Assembly (NCBI GenBank): GCA_951406725.2
Contig: OX597814.1
Coordinates: 187,178,001-187,242,000, forward strand
Length of the DNA: 64,000 bases
From: Octopus vulgaris
Lineage: Eukaryota
Reading direction: 5' to 3'
Shown here one piece after another: positions 36,741 through 50,414 of the stretch. The notes below the pieces were generated by a model. It had not been told where the DNA came from. It saw only the letters and a list, made by a program, of their open reading frames with translations, and ran no database searches. The first letter of the stretch is position 1, and each line of letters starts with the position of its first letter. The translations under genes and the position numbers were made by a program.

Positions 36741-37435
36741 GTGGATGTTACACAGCCCCAAACTAACATGTATTACTTTTATTTCCATGTACGCAAATCA
36801 ATATAGAATATAAGATATTTTGCTTAAAAGTTAAAAATAGTAAAACTTACGTTAAAAATAACCAGTTTTAATAATCTATCTACATAAGTACCGATGACAT
36901 CAACATATTTCTGATGACAAGATATAAACTTACTTTTACTGCTTTAAAAGAATTCTGAGCTTATGCATTAGCCAAACTCTTCTGAGAGTATTTGTAACTG
37001 ATTTTTGATCAATCAAATATTTCTATTTTCTTTAAAAGATTCTTTGCACTTAAAAAGCAAAGACAAAACACAGAAACTAAAAAAAAAAAGAAGTTTATAA
37101 GTTGATAAATAAATGGTAGGTAAGATGAATAAAATGGATGCAAACATAATTGTGTACTCTTACCGGTTCTGTTTTCAGAATCTAATGTGTAAGAAGTGTA
37201 ATTGAGAGTTGCTGTGAAAAAAAATCTGGGTTTTCTTTGATTGACTAATGACAGATGTTTCAAGGGAATATATTTTTGATGTGTTCAATATGAGATGTTG
37301 TTACTTTGATAATTTTTAACTGCTTTAGTTTTTATATATAAAAAAATACAGTACTATATAGCTGTACTGGATTTCATGCAAAAAGACTGTTCATTCTTAT
37401 TTTTTAATAATCTTCCAAAAACTATAATATATATG

Positions 37436-37479
<44 letters not shown>

Positions 37480-40400
37480 CCCTTACATAAATACATATAT
37501 ATATGTACACCATTTTCAAGGATTCATATTTATGTAGCTTTCTTATCTTGTTTTTTTTTAACCACCTTTGTAAATAATGTAAAAGTATCTAATAGATTAC
37601 CATTTTCCTTTAGGAAAACACCTGAATAACTCAATGTAAATTAGATTCAATAAAGGATTGCATAACTCATAATCAGTGGCTGTTTACGAGAGCCTATTTT
37701 ACTGATCCAATGTTCTAAGTTTGAATTCTATTCTTTATATCATTTTTCTTGGATTTAAAGAGTTGTTACTACTTTATTTTGATAACATTCTACAAAGTAA
37801 GAAGAAGGGTTTTTTTCTTTATGAGCCAAGCTTGTAAGCTGGTTGTGATTTGAAATCAAAACTACTTCACTTCCCCTTCACCGTTAATACTTTTGGGAAA
37901 TGTATAAAAGTCACAGCGTTCTGTTTCCTCTTTATTCTGATTCTGTGGTCTTGTGCCTAAGTTAGAAATCAATATTGTGTCTCAGAATCTGTCAAGTATT
38001 TTTGCTGCAATGATGATGCAACAAAATCACAAAGCTGCTAGTCTTTATACACATAATACATATTGAATGAATTCAGTTACTAAGCCAGACAGTTGAATAA
38101 AGGACGACCTCGCAATTCAAGAAGAACAGTGATAAATGTAAGAGCAGAATAAACTTGAAATTTCATTATTATTAGCTGTAAAATTTCATTACAAATAAAC
38201 CAATCCCTACAGGTTACATCTCTCAGCAATAAAAATATGTAAATAGTAAACTTGTTCATTATTCCATGACTTAGTCTTACTAAAATTTGCAAAACCAACT
38301 TCAAAATTAACACTAAATATTTCATAGCATATTCAACTGATGATCATTTATTTTTACAGACGCTAAGATTTGCCTTTATTTTATGAGGTATGGACATAAT
38401 AAATTCATCTTTATCTGAATATAACTGTTCTTTATACGTCTCAAAATCCAAGATCTTAAAACGATGAGTATATTCTTTGACTCAATATTAAATCTAATGT
38501 TTTGGCTTTTAAAATTTTCAGTCAATGTCAAATTTTTCAATAAATTTTTATTCAGTTAATGGCCTTTTGGTTCCATAACAGTCCAATAACACTAAAAAAC
38601 ATTGGTGTCACTATGAACATTATCGTCATTTCAAATTACATGCTGCTGAATTGATGATTGTTAAAACATTTGTCAGTTTCCATAATAAATCAATATTCTA
38701 ATCTTTTGGAAAAACAAAACAACTCTCCTTACTACAAATATTTAATATTTCACTGTTATCAATAAGCAGGTGATGGTATTAGCATCAATAATAGAGCTAT
38801 TGCTGACTATATTTGATAAGGTAAGTGATAGTGACAATAATAACATCGTATTGATATTGTTATAACAGTAATATATTTGTTATTGATGACGTTTTTATAT
38901 CATGTTATGATAAGTATTAAGAATGTATTTGCATTTCTTGAGTCATGTAACTTTAACTTTTCGTGGTTTGAACATGAATATTTTGTATTTGTTTTACTCA
39001 TGGTCAAAATATTTCAGACAACAACTTACATCCTCATTATCATTGTAGTTGCCATTGCCACTGTTACCACGGCCACTGCTGTCACCATTATTGAAGTTGT
39101 CATTGACATCATCATCAAGATCATATTTTGATGTTTAAAGCATTTGACTTTTGACCCCAAAGTTACTTAGTGAAAGACTAGATGCTGCTAATGTCATCTT
39201 TGATATCTTTTTTCCTCTGCTTGATAAACCAAATACTAGTTATATAATTGCCTCACTTCCAAAACAAGGGGCAAAAGTGGCCAGAAATAGGAGCAAAAAT
39301 CACATTGATATCCACATAGAAGTGACCAAAAGGATTTTATAGTTAGAGACAGCAAATATTAGTTTTAAAAGTATTTATTTATTTGCTTGTTAAATACCAT
39401 TCTACAGCAATGGAAAAGGAATCATAGATGTATTGTGAAAGAATTCAAACATTCTTGATTCTCATCAATAAAAATAGATTGTTCTATTTATTCTATCGAC
39501 ACAGATAGTATTTTTTATCCAAACATAGTACTATATTTGTTATTTGAGTGCTTTACACATTATAAAATTTATAAATGTTTACCTTTATGACTCCCAGCAA
39601 CATTTAGACTTAAAAGGTTTTTAGATATTTTGGTTAGGAGCTTCTAAATATACCAAATAGATGATTCTTGACTAGTTGGATGTAAGGTACTAGATATGAT
39701 AAATGGAGTATCAGGTTGGCTTAGATGGAAAAGTCTAGACAGTTTTAATTGGAGATTCCAGACATCATATGAAAGTCTCTAAAAATATAGAATGGAAGGT
39801 TTTTAGACTTGCTGGAATAGAAGCTTCTAGAAACATTGAATGGAAGATTTCAAATTAGCTGAACAGAAAATTCTAGACATATTGAATGAATGAACCTAAA
39901 CATGTTGATCAGAAGTTTAGAAACATAATATGCACGAAGAAGATAAATTTTAGATTTTAGTGGAAGTAAGTGAAAAGCCTATAATAGGTATTTAGCTGCT
40001 AGACAAACAACATATTTCACTGAAAATATATCAGATAAAAAGGGGGGGGGAAAAATTTAGATTCTTCAGTAAAATATTGACAACTTCTTTGAGCATTATC
40101 AATCTAAAAATAAAAATTAAAAAAAAACTTAGACGATACTTAACCCATCATTAGCTTTCTTTAAAACACACAAAATTATTCCATTTGCTGTATCTTTTAG
40201 CTAAAGTAAATAATTTTAGTCCTCTCTCTATCACATCCTATTGTCCTGCTCATCTTACAGTGCCAATCTAGCATATTCCTTCAGTAAATGGCATGGAAGA
40301 TCTCTATTGATTTTTCTGTCCTATCCTTGGCAGGCATCCGACAAGAGGTGTCAGCTTAATCAACAACTGATTTCATGGCTATATGCTGTTTCTACCAGAG

Positions 40401-41119
40401 GGCAATATAATCACATGTTTTATTTATTCTGAAGCCTATGCAACTCATGGAAAGGGCCATAGGTAATGTAATTGAAGGAAAAGAGAGGGCTAAGGAAAGA
40501 ATTAGAAACCTAATATAGTTTATTCTGGACATAAAAATCTGATCTTCCTATATGAAATTAATAATTATTGAAAAAGAAGGAGAAAAGGAGAGAATGGATA
40601 GATTCAGATATACATACGGAGCTATATAGATAGACAGAGAGAGATAGAGAGAGTGTGTGTGAAAGAGAGAGTGAGAAAGACACAGAGAGAGAAAGCCAAC
40701 AAAGGAGAAAATGACAGAGTGAGAAAAAAAGAAATAGAAAAAGAGACTGAGAGAGTGTATTTTTTCCCAGGCAAACTAATTGAAAGCAATTATTAATATC
40801 CAAGAAATATTGTGCTTCCTAGTATCAAGTGAAAGAAACATATTTTAACCAGATTATGAAAAATTCAAAATCTTCTCAAATATTTCTAGGAAACACATTG
40901 TTGCAATATTACAATTTGAAGATATTTTAATATTGCAGTTTTGAAGCAATGTCAAAATATAAATGACTTGGAAGATTAAACATATTATAAATTCATGAAA
41001 ATGAAAATATAAAAACATAAAATGGATGTCTATTTTGGAAATGCAGCAGTAAATTAGACATACATTGCTTTATATGAACAAGCATATCCTTCTTTCTATC
41101 TCTTTAACCATATTCTTTC

Positions 41120-42165
41120 TTTTATTCTTTTATTTGTTTCAGTCGTTTGACTGTGGCCATGCTGGAGCACTGCCTTTTAGTCAAACAAACCGACCCCAGG
41201 AATTATTTTTCGTAAGCCTAGTATTTATTCTATCTGTATCTTTTGCTGAACTGCTAAGTTACGGGGACGTAAACACACCAGCATCAGTTGTCAAACGATG
41301 TTGGGGGGGGGGGGTGCAAACACAGACACACAAACACACACATACATACACACACACATATATATATATATATACGATGGGCTTCTTTCAGTTTCCATCT
41401 ACCAAATCCACTCACAAGGCTTTGGTCGGCCTGAGGCTATAGTAGAAAGCACTTGCCCAAGGTGCCACGCAGTGGGACTGAACCCAGAACCATATGGTTG
41501 GTAAGCAAGCTACACATGCACACTCACACACACACACACATGCACCTATATATACATATACATATACATACATACCTATATACAAGCCCTCTTCCACATG
41601 CACATACAAACTCACTTATACACACGCACGCGCACCTTCGTTTTGGGATCACCACCACTTTGTTATCTTCCCTTCTCCCTAGCTCTCTTGTGTGACCCTT
41701 CTGTCCAGCCTTCACCATGATAGATCGCTAGCCACTACACATTCTTTATTTTCTCTCCTTGTTTCTTTCTGTGTTCTTTTCTGTGGAAAAGTGTAGGCTT
41801 GAAACGTTAAATACTTTTTCACTTCCTGAGTGTTATACTAATACATCTCTTTGTTGTCTACACCACCTGTCTTTGTCTTTTGTATTTTTTTGTGAATTCT
41901 CCCTAAATACATACATACCTATATATATATATTATTTCTTTACTACCCTCAAGGGGGTAAACACAGAAGGGACAAACAAGGACAGACAAACGGATTAAGT
42001 CGATTATATCGACCCCAGTGCGTAACTGGTACTTATTTAATCGACCCCAAAGGGATGAAAGGCAAAGTCAACGTCAGCGGAATTTGAACACAGAACATAA
42101 CAGCAGACGAAATACTGGTAAGCATTTTGCCTGGCGTGCTAATTTTTCTGTCAACTTGTCGCCTT
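41120..42165. mobile_element. Cluster: CORE-like SINE (-, 41120-41510), Penelope tail (+, 41620-41905), Nin SINE (-, 41932-42165)
   Basis: Each part matches a family defined elsewhere in the window. Confidence 0.85.
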
Positions 42166-42179
42166 TATATATATATATA

Positions 42180-42375
42180 TAAGTTCAGCAAAATTTAGAT
42201 TCGGATGAATATGGTACTTAAGTTAGATGCACCAGAACTTTGTATGGTGCTATCCATATAAATCCATGGGGTGATTATAATCAAAAAAAGCAACAAGAAT
42301 ATCTCTGGTAATTTGGTACGATCGTTTCACGCTACCAAATTACCGGAGATATTCTTGTTGCTTATTTTGATTATA
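42180..42375. mobile_element. Hairpin-ended short element in (TA)n, copy 1
   Basis: About 43-bp inverted arms (42276-42375) around loop CGATCGTTTCACGC; second copy at 55344-55530. Confidence 0.7.
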
Positions 42376-42542
42376 TATATATACACACACACAGTTGCAG
42401 GCATGGCTGTGTGGTAAAAAGTTTGCTTTCCAATCACATCATCCTAGGTTCAGTCCTGTTGCATGGCATCTTGGGCAATTGTCTTCTGCTACAGCCCTGG
42501 ACTGATCAAAGCATTGTTAGTGGATTTGGTTGAAAGAAACCC

Positions 42543-42582
<40 letters not shown>

Positions 42583-42584
42583 CA

Positions 42585-43040
42585 TACACCCAGAATCATG
42601 CTTAGGAATGAAATTTAGGATTTCTCAGTTTTTTGTGAATTGAATTTTCGTAAAACTTTTCCCAGCTGGTTTGCACACTATGGCAACACCATTGTTATGT
42701 TTTCATTATTCTGTGTAATATCCTTTCTTTTTTATTTCAGATTCTTCAGTTTTTTGGTTGTGGAAAAGGCCTTAACGATGAAGGAAAGTCTGTCATCATC
42801 AAGAAAAGTGCTAAAGACACCCCTCTTCATGTCATTGCGGAGAAGTTAGGTCATCATGTGGACACAGATGATTCCTGAAGGACTCTTCACCAAGGAAGAA
42901 ACAATCTTATTGTGGGACCTCCAATACTGTGACAGCTAGGGATTTAGGGAATATTGGCTGCAAGTTATGTGGGAAACCTGGACAAACAAGCAAAGCTATT
43001 TTCACTGCCACCCGAAATCGCATCCTCAGGACCATGGCAC
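42585..43040 (+). mobile_element. Tc1-family (TRT/DD37E-like) transposase N-terminal remnant
   Basis: GCGKGLNDEGKSVII...HVIAEKLGHHVDT..RFL...TARDL..I...PGQTSKAIF...TRNRILRTMA resembles a paired-like HTH region. Confidence 0.7.
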
Positions 43041-43320
43041 TCCAGCAGGGCTGCAATCCAATGACTGAAACAAGCAAAAGATATTTTACCTTTTTTTTTT
43101 ATACTTATTTCATTTATTACACTGCGACCATACTGGGGCACCACCTTGAAGAATTTGTAGTTGATTGAATTAACCTCAGTACTCTTTTTTTTTTAGTCTG
43201 GTACTTATTCTGTTGGTCTCTTTTGCTGAACTGCTAAGTTACAGAGATGTAAGCACATCGGCAGCAGTCGTCAAGCAGAGGTAGGGTACAGACACAAAGG
43301 CACACTCACACAGATATATA

Positions 43321-43415
<95 letters not shown>

Positions 43416-43535
43416 CAGCCGAAATTGCGAGGATGATCCGGTTCTTGACTGAAGATTGAAGGCTTGAATGTCCCGTCCGTGTTTTTTGTATCGTCTTCTA
43501 AATGTTTTGCGTTCTTGTCCCAGTTTGTATTTTTT

Positions 43536-43589
<54 letters not shown>

Positions 43590-43755
43590 CATACACAATG
43601 AGCTTCTTTCAGTTTCTGCCTATCAAACCCACCCACAAAGCTTTGATCACCTTGAGGCTATAGTAGAAGACACTTGCCCATCATGCCAGGCAGTGGGACT
43701 GAACCTGGAACCATGTGGTTGAGAAGTAAACCTTTTACCACACCAGCTATGCCTA
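43030..43755 (-). mobile_element. CORE-like SINE with a short insertion (43416-43535) in its (TA)n tract
   Basis: Family match on both sides of the insertion. Confidence 0.8.
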
Positions 43756-43759
43756 TATA

Positions 43760-43954
43760 CGAGGGGATGCTGAAAAGTTCCTGGCTTTAAGGGTCTAGTT
43801 GGAGGCCAACCTTCTGACTTCTTTTAGAAAAACTGAAGAACTGCTGCAATAAGTGTGTGAATCTGAGGCAGGAATGTGTTGAATAAAATCATAATTAAAT
43901 GATCCTACTGTATTTTCTTTTACCCAAAGCCAGGAACTTTTCAGTACCTCCTCG
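43760..43954. mobile_element. mariner-derived MITE
   Basis: TA|CGAGGGGATGCTGAAAAGTTCCTGGCTTT ... AAAGCCAGGAACTTTTCAGTACCTCCTCG|TA. Confidence 0.9.
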
Positions 43955-45905
43955 TATTTGTATAAATTCAAGAAAATTTCATTACACTGCCCAGTAAATG
44001 TGAATGACCCATCTAAAGTTTGTGGAAATTGAAAACATTTATTAGTCTCCTTTTTATGCTATTTCATCTTTGGATATTGTTTTTGTATAAATGCCAGTTC
44101 AATGAAATAACATATGCATCTGTAGAAATAGTAGACATAAAACAGCAAAGATCACTTGATGTGTATTGGTGCATTGTTCAGACTGATTAATGAAAAAGGA
44201 CACTCTTTCTATTTCTCTGCCTCCTTCTCTGTCCTCCTCTCTTTCCCTCATCCCCCCTCTCTCTATAATTTCTTTTGGCTAATAACAATTCTAGAACTTA
44301 GTTAGGAAGAATGACAGATTTATAATATTTGGCTAATTAATACAGAATAATGTGATAACCACCATAGGTTTTACACATGTCCTACTTGGGAGATTAACAC
44401 ATTAGAAGTTTTAATGATATACTTGGTTAACCATCGAGATATACTTTTAAATAGAAAAGAGATTTAATGGTAATGTTGGGAAAAGTCAGCATGACACCCT
44501 TGCATTAATGGAAATCTGGGTATAGAAACTACATGAAGAGGTAACAAAGTTTTTGGCAGTCTACAATGTAATTGATGTAATATATATTTCGTCTGTTGTT
44601 ACATTCTGAGTTCAAATTCTGGCCAGGTCGACTTTGCCTTTCATCCTTTTGGCATCGATAAATAAAGTACCAGTTTCGCACTGGGGTCGATGTAATCAAC
44701 TTAATCCCTTTGTCTGTCCTTGTTTGTCCCTTCTATGTTTAGCCCCTTGTGGGTAATAAAGAAATATATATTTCCCTGCTCCTATACAATCATATGACCT
44801 ACTAGAAATAGCAACCAAATATCCCCACTGTCTTAAAAATGGAAGACACATGTGTATCGTCCTGATTTTCATGACTTCAATACTTTTGACTCTAGAGCTA
44901 CTGAATCAAGGCTGATCTTGAACTAAATATCAACAACATACTTTGCAATCTGGCTGGACTTTCCACCTGAGAAACAGACAGCTAATCTGTTATGAATACC
45001 AAATCCATGGAGGAGGAATGTTCTTCCTAATACAGAGTGAAGTCAGTTTAGGCTGGAATCAGATGATGAAAAGAAGATTAATTCATTCTTCGCTGATCTC
45101 AATTCTAGGTGTGACTATAAAATTTATTTGAATCCCAAATGTAGCTGTTGTGAACAACTTGCTTCATAGTTAGATCATACCTGCTATAATGCTTGTTGCC
45201 AATGTGTTATATAGCTATCAGTTTTGATAATTGGGCTGAGGGAATCAGTGTTATAATGGTGCTTATGGAGGTAATCCAATATGATTACCAAAGAGGAAAG
45301 AGCTAATAAAGTAGTTACTGAAGTTGAAATATTCTTATATGTGATCGTTACCAGCGCCACCTTAATGGCACTTGTGCTGGTGTGCAGGTGATACATAAAA
45401 GAAAAACACAATTTCCATGACCGTTGCCAGTACTGCCTGACTGGCCCTCGTGCCGGTGACATGTAAAAGCACCCACTACACTCTCGGAGTGGTTGGCATT
45501 AGGAAGGGCATCCAGTTGTAGAAACTCTGCCAAATCAAGATTGGAGTCTGGTGCAGCCATCTGGTTCGCCAGTCTTCAATCAAATCGTCCAACCCATGCT
45601 AGCATGGAAAGCGGATGTTAAACGACGATGATGTCTATTACATTGTATTGCAGTGACTATGTAGAAGATCCTTTCCATACTCACTACACTGCTGTTGTTT
45701 TGTCTCTTATAGTACATGACTATACCTATTTGTTGGCTTGTGGTTAACCTTGCTTTATATTTCATAATTTTTTGTAAAGAAATGTAGTTTAATGTTATCT
45801 GCATTTAATATTTATAACATCACATTATGAAACAGGCTATCATACACTTTCATACATCTCATAACCAACCTACAGGTTATAAGGTGTATGACTATAAAGA
45901 CTATA

Positions 45906-46807
45906 CAGGGTGGTGCAAAAGTAGGCTTACAGCTGTATAGTTCTATATTACTAGCTGTATCGCCCGGCATTGCTCGGCATTGCTTGGGTTTGTTTCGACC
46001 CTTTAGAATTGAAATTTTTAAAAAGTAAAAATTTTGCATTATGTAGCTTGTTATTCTCTTTAAGTGAACATTTTTCTGGTTGAAATACACCGAAAAATGG
46101 TGACACAGCAGTCAAAAAATCATAAAAAATAGGGATTTTCATAGAGAAAAAGCACCTTTTTGATGTAAATAATTTTTGGTCTTAACATGGTCCTATTTGA
46201 ATTTTATCTTCTATGGAATGAAGAGCAAGCCTTCTTCTATCATACTCTCAATTTTGGTCAACATGCACCACAGGGTCTCAGAGGAGATAGTGTTAGTTGA
46301 AGGCTACCAAACCTGCCTTACACAGACAACTTCAGCTTTATATATATAGATAGATTTAAAAAACACTGTACAATGTTAGTCCCGTAAATGCTCAAAATAT
46401 GCACCATGAACATTGAAGCATTCTTGGAGTCTATCAGCCACACTGTGACACAAACGACCACACAGGTCCAGGTCAGTGTTGATTTCCAGGCTATTCACAA
46501 GAGTCAATGTTACCTGCATTGAGTTTTCCTTAGTGGTAACAGTTAGAGAACATCCAGATTTCGTGGCATTCTTTATTGAACCTGTCTCTTCGGATTTGTC
46601 TCTTATTTTGTAAATTGCCTGTTGTGAAGGCAATACAGTGTGAAAGGTTTCTGTTCACTTCTGGCACACTGTTTCTGCATTTTCGAATTTCCAATTATTC
46701 TTTAGGATCTACTTTCTTTTCTCGTCTGTCAGCTTACCCACCTTTATTCTTCACTGTCTTGTAAAAATTAAAATATACAACTGTTAGCCTACATTTGCAT
46801 GACCCTG
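45906..46807 (-). mobile_element. Internally deleted Tc1/mariner element (DUF4817-type HTH) with nested Helitron
   Basis: TIRs CAGGGTGGTGCAAAAGTAGGCTTACAG / CTGTTAGCCTACATTTGCATGACCCTG with TA TSD; ORF 46376-46633 fuses PSQQAIYKIRDKSEETGSI..KSG to RLQEC..VHGAYFEHL. Confidence 0.85.
45951..46354 (-). mobile_element. Non-autonomous Helitron nested in the Tc1/mariner element
   Basis: Same family as 9146-9536. Confidence 0.85.
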
Positions 46808-48593
46808 TATAGTTTTGTTAAGTGGATTTACATTTTCCAAGTGATTATAGGGACAATTCATTAATTCAACATTATTATCATTATTACAATTAAATGAATT
46901 AGTAAAATCAACAGCAAAACAACATCCGGTCACATTCTTTTATGCTTTAAGTTCAAATCTTACCAAGGTTGACTTTTCCTGTCATCTAACTGTACCTGTT
47001 ATATTCTAAGGACTAACATAATGTTTTGGTCATTTCTCGTCTTTTCTGAGAGTTCTGATACTGAACAGCATCTTCCTCTTCCATAGATACATTCTATCAA
47101 TAGCACAGTGACATTCTTCATCTATCTTTTCACATCACATACATATTAATGCAGTTCTTTCTGTTGTACAATAGTACAACATTATACAACTTTATCATTG
47201 TACAACTTTTAACATATTACAACTTTATCTATTGAGTTGGAACATTAGGCCTTTAGATGCTAAGCTTTCTTCCAGTTTTAGAATTTTTCTACAACTTTTC
47301 AACATATTCTATAGTAAAAATATGTTGACAACCAGTCTCGTGTTATTGTTCAAGAATAAATTAATTACAGCAATAGAATTGGACTGAGAACAGGGCTGTA
47401 GTAAACACCATGCTGTATTAAATTCCTTATGAACTCAGTGTTAGCTGATAGCAGTCTTGTGTATGCCACCCTCATAAATGGTATCTACCAGACTATGGAA
47501 CATAAGAGCCATGTTATCTCTGTTCTATGAATTTGTGGTCTTGCACCAATATAAACATACATAATTTTTTGAATAATTATGATCTTAGTAAGAATGGTAA
47601 TGTAGCGTATTTGATATCCTCACTGTTTGAGAAACACAACAGGAATAATCTTGTTTGAGATTACAGCCATCTTTATATATCCATGTATTATGGCTTCTCT
47701 TATATTTTTGCTAGGGATGCGACCGTGTGGAATACTAAAGGAGATGTTTGTCACCAACCTCCTTACGTATAGTCGGTCGTATTAATACTACAGTAGCATA
47801 ACTAATAGCTCTTTTCACTGAGTCCAAATCCTACAAGAGTTACTTGGGCTTTCATCCTTCTACAGTGTATAAAAGTAAATACCAGCGATGTTTTGGGGTC
47901 AATTAATCATCTGTTTCTACTACAAAATTGTTTATGTTAAATGTTAGAAATCAGTAATCATCATCATCATCATTGTTTAAGGTCCATCTTCCATGCATGC
48001 ATGAGTAGGACAGTTGACAGGAGCTGGCCAGGTAGAAAACCTACCCTAGGCTACTGTGTCTGTTTTGACTGAGATTTTATGGCTGGATGCCCTTCCTAAC
48101 ACCAACCACTCTGCAGAGTGAACTCAGTACTTTTTACGTGGCACTAGCACAGGTGAGGTTATTTTTGGCATGATTTTTACAGCTGGACGCCCTTCCAAAC
48201 GCCAACCACGTTACAGTGTGAACTGGATGCTTTTGAAGTGGCACCAGCACTGGCAGGGCAACCAAATAACTTGCAAGACAAGGAATTATGAGAGGGACAG
48301 GGGCATTTGAGGAGGAGAACTTGTGCCAGAGGATGAAAGGTTAGAATTTGACAAAGAGACAGAGAGACAGAAGCAGGTGTCTTGCCACAACAGAGGGGTC
48401 ATTAGAGGAGGTGATCCAGTATCAGATGATGAAAGGTTAGAGTGTAACACAGAAATAATAAGGCAGAAATACGTGTCTTTCTATAGAGGAGGTGCATGGT
48501 TACCCAGTGAGAGAGAGAGAGGTACAAGAAAGAAGCCAGAAACAAGTGTGCTGATGTAAAGAGATACTTAGTTACCTAGTCAGAGGGAAAATA

Positions 48594-48624
<31 letters not shown>

Positions 48625-48809
48625 TGACCAATGGCAAGAGAGAGAGAGAGTAGGAAACAGCAAAAGTGGAAGAGAGATCAGAAGAGAGGTGGTGTAGTGC
48701 CAGGTTATACTCACAAGTAACAAGAATACGAGAGTAGAACCTGGGTAGATAAATAGGGTGTGGGTGTGGGGAGCGGGAATGGAATTCCAACCACATTTTG
48801 TGGTTCACT

Positions 48810-49920
48810 ACCTCAACAGCTCCTTTATAGGATCCAGTAGCTAAGGACATCAAGAGGAGGAACCATGTCTTGTTTCAGCCCCTACTCTTTTACTGTTTTC
48901 AACATGGCGGAGCCCCTTCCTTTCGGAGGTGTCTTCAGATCTGGTGTTGAGTGTGTTTTTTCCTTTTTTCTTTTGCCTTTTGTTCTTTGGTTTCTTTGAT
49001 GCAGCATCAACAAATGTCAACAGGTGAATGAGCACCCTACCAAATTTCCCTTTAAATTCTCGCAGGTAGGCTCCAGCAGTCAGCACTAGCTAACTGCTAC
49101 ATGACACAATCTAGGCTTCAACTGACCCATAGAGGGGAAGGGCATGTAGTTTTCGCCTGCACCCTCTAGTCATAAACGCAATATTGTACAATACTTATAA
49201 ACTTGTAGCTAAGTCCGTCGTTCCCTGGTGAACTTTTTGCTCTTGCTTTTCTAATGAACTCATCAATTTCTTTCCATCTGACGTCACTCAAATCGATTGG
49301 CTTAGGTGGTTTCTTCAGCCCGAGCATATCTGGGAGTACTTTATTCCTATCAGTGTCACTGTACGTCTCTTTAAGATGGTGTCTGAGCTCTTCTTTAATG
49401 CAATCTAATCTTCCACTCTTAATTTTGGTAAACAAACACTCAACATATTGATATGAGTTGTTTACAAAACTGCAATAGTTCTTTTCTCTCTCCTTTCTTC
49501 TGTTCTTCCTTCTTTCTTTCCTTAGTTGGTCTTGATGCCTCATTTATATCTTTTCATATATTTGTTTTAGCCCTTTTCTTTCCTATTCCTTTGCATCCCT
49601 CCATCTGGTTCTTAGTTTTTCCTCCTCTTCTCATATCTTTGTGATCCATCTTTCTCTTCTTGATGATTTGCCCTTTGCTGATGATTCTCCATTCCCTGTT
49701 GTTTCAAGTCCAAATCTGTTTCCTCCTTCCTGATAGATTATGTTAGCCAAGTATTCAAGCTTTTGTTCATTGTCCCCTTTGAATTTGGTGGTCATTTTTG
49801 CTACCTCGTCATTGAATTTCTTATAGCTAACTGCATCATTTGCCTCCAGCCACTTAATCTTTGGCTTCTTCATGCCTATCTCTTTTCCTGACTGTTCTGA
49901 TTCAACTGTGAGTAGGGCAG
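48810..49920 (-). mobile_element. HERO-like (RLE-type) non-LTR retrotransposon fragment with large internal deletion
   Basis: KIKWLEAND...KLEYLANIIY..FG; HLKETYSD...WKEIDEFIRKARAKSSPGNDGLSYK (pre-RT region), joined to presumptive 3' UTR. Confidence 0.75.
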
Positions 49921-50414
49921 AGAGGGCAAGAAAAATGATTGGAAAACAATCATAATTTATGAAGCAGAAATAATAATGTTAATAGTTGAAGTAGGAGGGA
50001 CGTAATGTGATTTGTTTTATCCATTTTCATAGTGTCAACCAAAACCTTAAAAATGTAATAGTCATAAAGTTTATACAGATTCCAGTGAGAGATTCTGTAC
50101 ACTGGTGGCTGCTCTTGATTTTTCATTCTTCCATGATAGGTTCTGAAATATCAACAATGACCTAGAACTTAGTCTTTGAACAAGATGATTCATTGTTTCC
50201 AGAAGTATATTTCTCTCAAACATTTTCCTATTCCATTTTTATTCCTTTAAGCAGATCTTTCTATTTTATAGTGTGGATATGTAATCTTATCAGTGCTGAA
50301 GTAGATCCCTTTGCAGGTTACTTTTAAGATATGGAGTTTCATCCCTTACTGTATTATGTTCAAATGTTATTTGCCATTGAGATATCCTTACATTCTGCCA
50401 TCAATGTATGTATT

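Noticed and set aside
36910-36940. CTGATGA hammerhead start (also near 54487 and CTGAAGA near 43449)
   Set aside because: No convincing stem II plus GAAA plus UH arrangement; at best decayed remnants.
42721-42860. Strong splice acceptor TTTTATTTCAG followed by open frame, as a host exon
   Set aside because: The downstream peptide is a Tc1-type transposase N-terminus with frameshifts.
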